A model generated the notes under the pieces. It had not been told where the DNA came from, searched no databases, and saw only the letters and a list, made by a program, of their open reading frames with translations. A program made the position numbers and the translations under genes. A DNA stretch of 64,000 nucleotides from an uncultured Candidatus Saccharibacteria bacterium (GTDB taxonomy: Bacteria; Patescibacteriota; Minisyncoccia; Phycocordibacterales; UBA2100), in contig CAYSUJ010000001.1 of NCBI GenBank assembly GCA_964434285.1, positions 168,703 to 232,702 on the forward strand, in the 5' to 3' direction. Below are positions 18,787-25,932 of the stretch, in pieces (position 1 is the first letter of the stretch; every line of letters starts with the position of its first letter).

Positions 18787-18816
18787 GCGGCTCAGTCTTT
18801 CCGAAGACTGAGCCGC
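18787..18816. terminator. intrinsic terminator hairpin
   Basis: gcggctcagtctt-tccg-aagactgagccgc, a perfect 13-bp stem. Confidence 0.75.
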
Positions 18817-18851
18817 TTCTGCTTTCGCCGAGTGCACGATATAGTCTTGCA

Positions 18852-19412
18852 ATGGCGAAAATCATCGTTCAGGAGGGACACGCAGCGCTACACGCGATCT
18901 CAGAAGAAATTCCATCATCAGAATTTGGAGGCAAAAAGCTGACCACACTTATCGCGGAAATGAAAAAGCTGCTTGCTAAGGAAGAGTACGGCGTCGCGCT
19001 TGCTGCACCTCAAGTGGGTGAATCAGTGCGGCTTTTTATTGTCTCCGGTGCGGCAGTCGGTAAACGCGAGAAAGCCTCCGCGGAACGCGGGGTCAATGAA
19101 CCTTCCCTAGAAGCTAGAAGCTCAAAGCTAGAAGCTGCGCCCGATCAGATCTACATTAATCCCATACTCATCAAACTCTCGCGCGGAAAAAAAGATAAAC
19201 ACGAAGGCTGTCTCTCCATCCGTGGCAAGTGGGGCATGGTTCCTCGCGCCGAGAAAGCGACGATCACCGCCTACGATGAGCACGGAAAGAAATTCACCCG
19301 CGGTGCGTCAGGCCTCCTCGCCCACATCTTTCAGCATGAGATGGATCATTTAGATGGCGTCCTCTATATCGATAAAGCGACAGAGCTCTATGACGAAGGA
19401 TCAAAAAAATAA
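18852..19412 (+). CDS. def: peptide deformylase
   Basis: GVALAAPQVG, EGCLS, QHEMDHL. Confidence 0.97.
   Translation: MAKIIVQEGHAALHAISEEIPSSEFGGKKLTTLIAEMKKLLAKEEYGVALAAPQVGESVRLFIVSGAAVGKREKASAERGVNEPSLEARSSKLEAAPDQIYINPILIKLSRGKKDKHEGCLSIRGKWGMVPRAEKATITAYDEHGKKFTRGASGLLAHIFQHEMDHLDGVLYIDKATELYDEGSKK
19107..19136 (+). repeat. heptamer tandem repeat (CTAGAAG)x4 inside def
   Basis: ctagaag ctagaag ctcaaag ctagaag ct. Confidence 0.85.
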
Positions 19413-20259
19413 TTTTGCTTTTTTCGGTACACCCGCACTTGCGGTTGAGATTCTTGAGGCACTCGAGAATGCCGGGCACACGCCCGCTGTTATCGTGACT
19501 ATGCCCGACAGGCCGCAAAGACGTGGGATGGATATGAAAGAAACCGCGGTCGCGGCCTGGGGCCGCGACCGCGGCATCCCAGTTCTCAAACCCGAAAAGT
19601 TGGATTCCGATTTCATCAACAACCTACAGTCTACAAACGACACATCATGCTTCGCTATTGTAGTTGCATATGGAAAGATATTACCTCAGACACTTCTCGA
19701 TATGATGCCGATGTACAACATCCACTATTCCCTTCTCCCCCGCTGGCGAGGGGCGACACCCGTGGAGAGCGCGATACTCGCGGGTGACGCTGAGACTGGC
19801 GTCGCCATTCAGCGCATGGTGCACACACTTGATGCGGGTCCGTTAGTGGCACTCGAAAAAACAAACATCGGAGAAACTGAAACCGCGCCAGCGCTCCGCG
19901 CTCGTTTGAATGGAATTGCAAAAGAATGTTTGATACGAATACTTCCTCAGTTAATGGAAGGATCGCCAACTGAAGAGCCTCAGGATGAATCGTTAGTGAC
20001 TCACTGCGGAAAAATTGTAAAAGAAGACGGGCTGGTGAGTCTTTCTGATTCTGCAGAAACACTCGACAGAAAATTCCGCGCATACTATGGCTGGCCTGGG
20101 GTATATACCTTTTTCGATCGCGGAGGGAAACGTATTCGCACCATCATCGTTCGGGCACATCGCGAAGGTAACCGCTTTGTAATAGAAACGGTTAAGCCTG
20201 AAGGAAAGGGAGAAGTTGCCCTTAGTGACTATCTACGCTCGGGAGCAAAACCTGTGTAA
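19390..20259 (+). CDS. fmt: methionyl-tRNA formyltransferase
   Basis: FFGTP, VVAYGKILP, NIHYSLLPRWRGATP, LDAGP; overlaps the def stop. Confidence 0.96.
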   Translation: MTKDQKNNFAFFGTPALAVEILEALENAGHTPAVIVTMPDRPQRRGMDMKETAVAAWGRDRGIPVLKPEKLDSDFINNLQSTNDTSCFAIVVAYGKILPQTLLDMMPMYNIHYSLLPRWRGATPVESAILAGDAETGVAIQRMVHTLDAGPLVALEKTNIGETETAPALRARLNGIAKECLIRILPQLMEGSPTEEPQDESLVTHCGKIVKEDGLVSLSDSAETLDRKFRAYYGWPGVYTFFDRGGKRIRTIIVRAHREGNRFVIETVKPEGKGEVALSDYLRSGAKPV

Positions 20260-20342
20260 TTGTGAATAATAGGATTGACTTTTTCAAAAAAATCAGTAAC
20301 AGTGTGAAAGGCTGGGAAAATGTTCATTGAGGAGAGTATCCC

Positions 20343-20573
20343 ATGCGATTTAGCAAACTCGGAGAAAAAGGCCGCGCGGTAAAGGAGCAGGTTGCTTCTG
20401 CGCTCAACAACTGGGAGCCCCGGAAAAATAAGCCCATCAAAATCGTCGATGTCCGCCAGGACATGGCGACAGACGCCCCGGGGACACTCGAAGTGGTCGT
20501 CAAAACCCACGATCGCAAACGGTGGAGCGTGCGCATCGATCACGGCACTTTCATCGACGCGGTTTCGTTTTGA
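20343..20573 (+). CDS. small hypothetical protein
   Basis: TTGACT promoter-like element, GAGGAG SD, downstream hairpin plus T-tract. Confidence 0.55.
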   Translation: MRFSKLGEKGRAVKEQVASALNNWEPRKNKPIKIVDVRQDMATDAPGTLEVVVKTHDRKRWSVRIDHGTFIDAVSF

Positions 20574-20623
20574 GATCCCACCACCACCCTCTGCGCGCTC
20601 CACACCCTGGGGCGCGTTTCTTT

Positions 20624-20989
20624 TTACCCCCGCAGCTTTCGCTTCACCTCTCTCCCCTGCTTCTTGGTTTTTGAAACTCGAGCCTTTTTCGTCTTGCGCA
20701 ATTGACGTTCAACTTCTTCCTTCACGTCATCAATCGCCGCTTTCACAGATGCTGCGTGGTTTTTTGCATACGCATCGATACCGCCCGGAGCTTTTATGTG
20801 CACTTCGGCAAACCACATATGATCGCTTTGGTGCTTCTTCCCTGCTGCACGCCCTAATTCAACCTCACACCTCGCCACATCCGCCTGCCCTCCCAAGAGT
20901 TTCTCAAGGACAGCAAGCCGCTTATCCAAATAGTTCTGAATGAGTCCCGTCATTTCCACCTCTTTTCTAGCCTTCAGTCGCGTTTGCAT
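20624..20989 (-). CDS. raiA: ribosome hibernation factor HPF/RaiA-like
   Basis: YLDKRL..LEK...CEVELG...AEVHI...AAIDDVKEEVERQLRK.K. Confidence 0.8.
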   Translation of the reverse strand: MQTRLKARKEVEMTGLIQNYLDKRLAVLEKLLGGQADVARCEVELGRAAGKKHQSDHMWFAEVHIKAPGGIDAYAKNHAASVKAAIDDVKEEVERQLRKTKKARVSKTKKQGREVKRKLRG

Positions 20990-20996
20990 ATGGCTC

Positions 20997-21218
20997 TCAG
21001 TGTACCACATTGAAGGTTTTATTCACCCCTCGCACGCCCGAAACCATGTGAACGTTCCCTTCAGAGACACGAAAATGGCGGGCCAAAAGTTCGCGCACAC
21101 GGGCATTGGCTTCATTGCGCTCTGCAGGCTCTTTAACCGCGATAGCAAATACTCCCACGTCCGTCTCCTCGAATTTCTCGCGGCGCGCGTCGGGCTTTAC
21201 TTTGACACGTATGAACAT
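20997..21218 (-). CDS. DUF167/YggU family protein
   Basis: VKVKPDAR...VKEPAERNEAN...LARHF...G...K. Confidence 0.85.
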   Translation of the reverse strand: MFIRVKVKPDARREKFEETDVGVFAIAVKEPAERNEANARVRELLARHFRVSEGNVHMVSGVRGVNKTFNVVH

Positions 21219-21358
21219 GGCGCTATGGTACCAGATTGATTCTGTAGAAAAAATGAGGATACGTTGCCGTTGAAATCCTTACCTTTTCGGCTATACTGCC
21301 TCGCAGTCACTGCTCTGCAGTGACGTACTCCGCAGCCCCAAAGCTCGGAATAGTTCAT

Positions 21359-21430
21359 TCCGCGGTAGCTCAATGGTAGAGCAGCTCGCTGTTAACGAGT
21401 TGGTTGTAGGTTCGAGTCCTACCCGCGGAG
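21359..21430 (+). tRNA. tRNA-Asn(GTT), probable integration site
   Basis: TCCGCGGTAGCTCAATGGTAGAGCAGCTCG-CTGTTAA-CGAG...GGTTCGAGTCCTACCCGCGGAG. Confidence 0.96.
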
Positions 21431-22990
21431 CACGACAGGATGAGAGGAGCCGAAAGGCTCCTTTTGTCCAATGTTTGCAACCCTTTTTCGCGGTTCTGAA
21501 ATCTTATTGAGCCTTGGCACCCAATTTGCCAAGAAATCGAACGCTAAAGTGTACTCCGGTTTGATCTCACGACCCTCAAGAGCGATGGTCGAGAATGCGT
21601 AACTCAACAACAGCCGCCGATCATCCGTCGTGGCGTCTTCGCTTTCGTAGATTTCCTTGGCGACGGATGCAAGTTCGTGTATCGCATATCCGGCTTCGTA
21701 GTATTTCCTGTTGCCTTTGTTGAGGCGTGCGATTTCATTGGTTGCATCTTCTTTCTGCGCACTGTATTGCTTGAAGAGACGGTCATACGTCTCGACGCTG
21801 ATCTTGCCGTCTAGCTTGTCTTCGTACAGCGCTTCGAGCCGGCGCTGGGATCGCTCAATCGTCATGTTCAATTCCGCAAGCTTTGAGTTGAAGCGTGCTA
21901 TCTCATCCACGTGGCTTTCTTTCAGCGCTTCATTCAGAACATCTAAGACACGCTTGTTCTTCGGTGCAACCTTGAGCAACATCGGGAGCAATTTCTCTTC
22001 CACCTTTTCCTGTCGGACGAAAACGTGACGTTGTTCGCATTTTTGATCCATTCCCGCACGCTTATAGCCGTTGCAATGACCGTACCAATGACCTTTCTGT
22101 CGTTCCCATGTGACGGAGCCGCCGCAAGTCGTGCAGCACATCTTCGCCTTGAATACCGGAATGTGTTTATTGAATTGCGGCTGGTTCAACGTGCGGCTGA
22201 GAAGTAGTTGTACGCGATCGAACAATTCGCGGCTGATGAGACCCTCATGCTTTGCCGGCATGACATCGCCCTTCCACCTGAGGGCGCCATAATAAAACGG
22301 ATCCCTAAGCAAGTCGTACATTCTGCTGCGGCCGACCTTCTTTCCCGCATGATTGCGCAAACCCTCGTCGTACATCGCTGCGGAGAGATTTACGACCGAG
22401 TAATTTCCAGAGGAGTACAACTCAAACATTTTCCTGAGAAACCGAGCCCGAGCCTCGTCGATTACATGGATTTTGTGCCCTTTCTCACCGATGGTCTTGT
22501 ATCCGAGCGGCGGTTTTGTCGGCAACCAGCCCTGCGCGATCTTTTCCTTCTGCCCCTTCTTCACTTCTTCGGAGAGGTTCGAGATATACTTTTTCGCGAG
22601 AACAATCTCGATATCCCAGCGAAACTTCTCGTCGGACTTCGCTTCCTTGTGAATGACCAGATTCTGTTTTACGAAATGAACTTTGCGTCGAGCGTCCGCC
22701 TCGATCCAATCATTGACGGCGACCGCATCTTTCATGTTGCGCGTAAGACGGTCTACCTTTTCACACAAAAGATTGCTGATCTGGTGCTTTTCCATGTAGC
22801 GCATCATCTCGTAGAAGACGGCACGCTGTTTCGATCCGCTAGCCGATTCGGAGATCGAAAACACCTTTACGATCTCGTACTGTTTTCGCGCCGCGTAGTC
22901 AGCGAGCAGCTTCTCCTGCGCCGGCAAAGAATATCCGGCCTCCTCTTGCTCCCGCGAACTCACACGTGCGTACACCAACGATTTCTCCAT
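21419..22990 (-). CDS. large serine recombinase (integrase)
   Basis: YARVSS catalytic Ser, DRLTR, recombinase domain, Zn ribbon (CTTCG...YGHC...C), coiled coil; stop codon lies inside tRNA-Asn. Confidence 0.93.
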   Translation of the reverse strand: MEKSLVYARVSSREQEEAGYSLPAQEKLLADYAARKQYEIVKVFSISESASGSKQRAVFYEMMRYMEKHQISNLLCEKVDRLTRNMKDAVAVNDWIEADARRKVHFVKQNLVIHKEAKSDEKFRWDIEIVLAKKYISNLSEEVKKGQKEKIAQGWLPTKPPLGYKTIGEKGHKIHVIDEARARFLRKMFELYSSGNYSVVNLSAAMYDEGLRNHAGKKVGRSRMYDLLRDPFYYGALRWKGDVMPAKHEGLISRELFDRVQLLLSRTLNQPQFNKHIPVFKAKMCCTTCGGSVTWERQKGHWYGHCNGYKRAGMDQKCEQRHVFVRQEKVEEKLLPMLLKVAPKNKRVLDVLNEALKESHVDEIARFNSKLAELNMTIERSQRRLEALYEDKLDGKISVETYDRLFKQYSAQKEDATNEIARLNKGNRKYYEAGYAIHELASVAKEIYESEDATTDDRRLLLSYAFSTIALEGREIKPEYTLAFDFLANWVPRLNKISEPRKRVANIGQKEPFGSSHPVVLRG

Positions 22991-23219
22991 ATGCCTATTA
23001 TGCCGGGCTTTTTTGTTTCTTAGAGCCCTTATTGGCTTGTTATGTGTGGGTAAAGCGCCTGTGGGGCGAAAATCGACCGCTTTTCGCCCCTATAGTGCAT
23101 AGAATCCTGTATCGTCACTATGTGAGATAGAACACAGTAAGGCTTAGGATATAACCGGTAAGCATAGTGATTACATAAGCAATACATAGCTATAGTATTG
23201 GTGACGATACAACTTCTGC

Positions 23220-23504
23220 TTACGCAGAAGTTACTTTGAGATACTCTTCTATGATTTTATTTTGTAATTCCTTCCAGAGCTCGGGCGCAGCAAAGAAAAT
23301 ATTCTTATACTCGCCAACACTATCCGCGTACGAAGGAGGAGCTACCCAAATCGGATTACCTTCCGAATCGTAGTGTCCGGTATCGTCGTACATCCCTCTC
23401 AAGATTTTGAAGCCGACGATGCGAAATCCGTCGACCTTCATATCACCGATTTCGATGACAGCCATTCCAAGCACTTTTCCCCGGCGCACAGTTTGCACCT
23501 TCAT
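23220..23504 (-). CDS. SpoVG-like nucleic-acid-binding protein
   Basis: A.IEIGD..IVGFKI...IWVAPPS...GEYKNIFF...LQNKIIEEY, similar to the SpoVG FVAMPS...D pattern. Confidence 0.6.
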   Translation of the reverse strand: MKVQTVRRGKVLGMAVIEIGDMKVDGFRIVGFKILRGMYDDTGHYDSEGNPIWVAPPSYADSVGEYKNIFFAAPELWKELQNKIIEEYLKVTSA

Positions 23505-23577
23505 GCGACACTTCTTTAGGAACATAATTACCAGTGCAGCTTGGTTGATAATCTCGACCAAATCAAAAGGTCCGACG

Positions 23578-23754
23578 CTATCCCATAGGCGGTTCGGACT
23601 TTTTGATTACTGATTTGTGGCGCAGCCGCGCGAGAGTATCGAAGTAACCCGTGAGATCACCGAGTATCTGCTCGGCTTCTTCAAATGAAACATCACGGCC
23701 GTAGTCTTCGGCGAGTATTGTTCTTAGTTTTTCTGATAGGTGCGGGCTGACCAT
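23578..23754 (-). CDS. small helical hypothetical protein
   Basis: LRTILAEDYGRDVSFEEAEQI..DLTGYFDTL; co-oriented with the recombinase. Confidence 0.6.
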   Translation of the reverse strand: MVSPHLSEKLRTILAEDYGRDVSFEEAEQILGDLTGYFDTLARLRHKSVIKKSEPPMG

Positions 23755-23873
23755 GCAAGCCCGTTCCTGCCCGGTGAATTTGAACGCTCGAAAGCATCCG
23801 CCGGGCAAGCACGAGCCCGCGCAGTCTAAGCAGTGGCGCGGTGACTCACCTGAGAGTCACCAACTGTTTTGTC

Positions 23874-24653
23874 TCAAAAATTGCGAGAAATGGACTTTCG
23901 TTCCCATGTGAAAAGCTTGTCATTTGTGGCGAAACTTTTTTGCACTCTTTCGTTGGCTCTGTAGAGCGTATCCCGCACCGTACGCTCAATCTTGGAGAGG
24001 GATTTCTTGAGCCGCTTTTGTTTGTCCATCGGGTCATGCCCGAGCATTTTTTCCGCGACCTCTGACCAGTCTACAGAGCTGCGCGCAGGTGCAGCAAACA
24101 TGATCGAACAAAAATCTCGCAGGTTGCTATTTGGAGGCAACTGACAGATTTTTGTTCCGAAATAGATTGCTCCTTCTTTCTCTGAATATCTAATCTGATA
24201 CGAACCAAGGGATATCGGAGCACCTTCTGGAGCAGTGGAAGAACTTGCCAGCAGATCCATATAGTAACGATGGAACTTGCCGTAGGCGTTGCGTATTTTT
24301 TCCTTCAGACTTTGATAGTCATCCAGCATCTTGCGCTCGGCATGTATTGAAAAAACTCCCTTGCGCGGATCGAGCCCGAATTGCAGTGACAACAGCTCGT
24401 CTAGTTCATTCACGCTCTTTCTGAAACTGTCGAAAATCGGTGCAACATTCACGTCGCGAACTGTAAATCCAACTGTACGAAATCTCTCCTTCAGAAGGTC
24501 GAGATTCGCTGCATACGTTATGTGATAGACATCATCCTGCAATAACTGATCGCGCAAACGCTCGACATCCGCCTGCGGGAATATGCGTGCGATCTCGTCA
24601 ATAACCTGCTCATCAGTGCGAAAAACCGAGCTGTGTGGCTCGCGAGCGTTCAT
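23874..24653 (-). CDS. hypothetical protein, possible C-terminal winged helix
   Basis: 259 aa; C-terminus VDWSEVAEKM...VRDTLYRANERVQK...LF. Confidence 0.65.
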   Translation of the reverse strand: MNAREPHSSVFRTDEQVIDEIARIFPQADVERLRDQLLQDDVYHITYAANLDLLKERFRTVGFTVRDVNVAPIFDSFRKSVNELDELLSLQFGLDPRKGVFSIHAERKMLDDYQSLKEKIRNAYGKFHRYYMDLLASSSTAPEGAPISLGSYQIRYSEKEGAIYFGTKICQLPPNSNLRDFCSIMFAAPARSSVDWSEVAEKMLGHDPMDKQKRLKKSLSKIERTVRDTLYRANERVQKSFATNDKLFTWERKSISRNF

Positions 24654-24708
24654 GCCGGAATGCTACCTTTTCCGGCCCCTTAGCGGCAAGCGGGTAGCCT
24701 GCTACAAT

Positions 24709-24850
24709 GCCCGTGTCGCTCACAGAGCGATTTGCCTAAACTCGTCGGAAACGGCGGGCATGGCAAAAAGACAGATCATGCCCAGAAACCCGTCACGGGG
24801 TTCGCATGATCTGCCGTATGGGGAAACCCATATGCCCGTGGCGGTTTTTT
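24709..24850 (+). promoter_or_regulatory. structured leader/ncRNA candidate upstream of the bPH gene
   Basis: TGCTACAAT extended -10 (24700-24708), four hairpins (two GAAA-capped), then a T6 tract. Confidence 0.5.
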
Positions 24851-24883
24851 GCTGCCCGGATTTATAAAATTATTCGGGATAAC

Positions 24884-25339
24884 ATGGAACACAAACATAT
24901 TTGGGACAAGGTTCTCGGCTCTAACGAGCATGTGAAGTACGAATTTACGGTGGGATCGCAGTATCGAATGGTCGGTTTGGTCGGTTTATCAGTCATCGGT
25001 CTTTTGAGTTTCTTCTGGCTCTGGCAGATGGCGATATTCATTATTGCGATCGCCCTCTTTTATTACGGTTTCTACCTCAAAGCAGCGAACGCGTACGCGT
25101 TTACCGACCGCCGCGTACTGGTCCATCAAGGCTGGCTATCTACCCGCATGATCACGACGGAGTATCAAAAGATTACCGATGTGACAGTCCTCGAGCCTCT
25201 CATCCAGCGCCTTATATTCGCCTCAGGAACGCTTGTAGTGAACACGGCGGGCTCCAAGACCGAGGAGATCGTTCTCAGCAACGTCGAGCGCCCCTACGAG
25301 CTCAAGAAGAAGTTAGACGAGATGCGTGGGCACCACTAA
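24884..25339 (+). CDS. bacterial PH-domain (bPH_2-like) membrane protein
   Basis: 2 TM, then YAFTDRRVLVHQGWLS...Y.KITDV.V.EPLIQRL..SGTL.V.TAG. Confidence 0.85.
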   Translation: MEHKHIWDKVLGSNEHVKYEFTVGSQYRMVGLVGLSVIGLLSFFWLWQMAIFIIAIALFYYGFYLKAANAYAFTDRRVLVHQGWLSTRMITTEYQKITDVTVLEPLIQRLIFASGTLVVNTAGSKTEEIVLSNVERPYELKKKLDEMRGHH

Positions 25340-25687
25340 ACGCAGATCGGACTCTTGTTCCAAGCCGGAATAAGAAGGGGGTTCAGGTTCTGGAGGATAA
25401 CCAAGAAGAGGTGGGAGTTTAGCTTCCACGCGCCTACGTATCCATATTACCTCTCTAAAGGCTTTCAAAAAGTGCGGATGGATAAAGACAAAATGCCGCC
25501 ACTGCTTTTTAGTCACTCCTGCTGCTGCGAGACAACGTTTTAGATTCTGCCCTTGCCATCGCGCCATGATGATGGCCAGGACTTTACTGCTGTTCGACCA
25601 CCATGCTCTGTCGGTTTTCATTATTTCCAAGCCCTCAAAACCCGGCTCTTGAATGCTGTAGCCCGCGGTTCGATGTAATTTGCGCAT
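25313..25687 (-). CDS. hypothetical protein with HTH-like segment
   Basis: AWW...KV...CLAAAGVTKKQW..F...HPHF. Confidence 0.5.
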   Translation of the reverse strand: MRKLHRTAGYSIQEPGFEGLEIMKTDRAWWSNSSKVLAIIMARWQGQNLKRCLAAAGVTKKQWRHFVFIHPHFLKAFREVIWIRRRVEAKLPPLLGYPPEPEPPSYSGLEQESDLRLVVPTHLV

Positions 25688-25932
25688 GTCCTTACAGTAC
25701 TACGTACTAAGGCGCATAAATCCACAATGGGCACTTATATAGTTTCTTCGAAAATGTGGGAAAAGTAGACAAAAGTCAGACCCGAATCTCGTAAATACTG
25801 GACGTATCATGGGCACTTTTAGCACATCGGTACTTCTGGCGGAATGCGACTTTGGGCACCTTTTGTGGAGATCACTGCACCTAGTGCAGTAAGGTCTGTC
25901 ACTAGACTCAATCGTCTCCTCGTGGCACGCTG

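Noticed and set aside
24732-24770. c-di-GMP-I riboswitch call
   Set aside because: The GAAA-capped stem is similar, but the GGCAAAC...GACGCAAA consensus is not met; kept as an unassigned structure.
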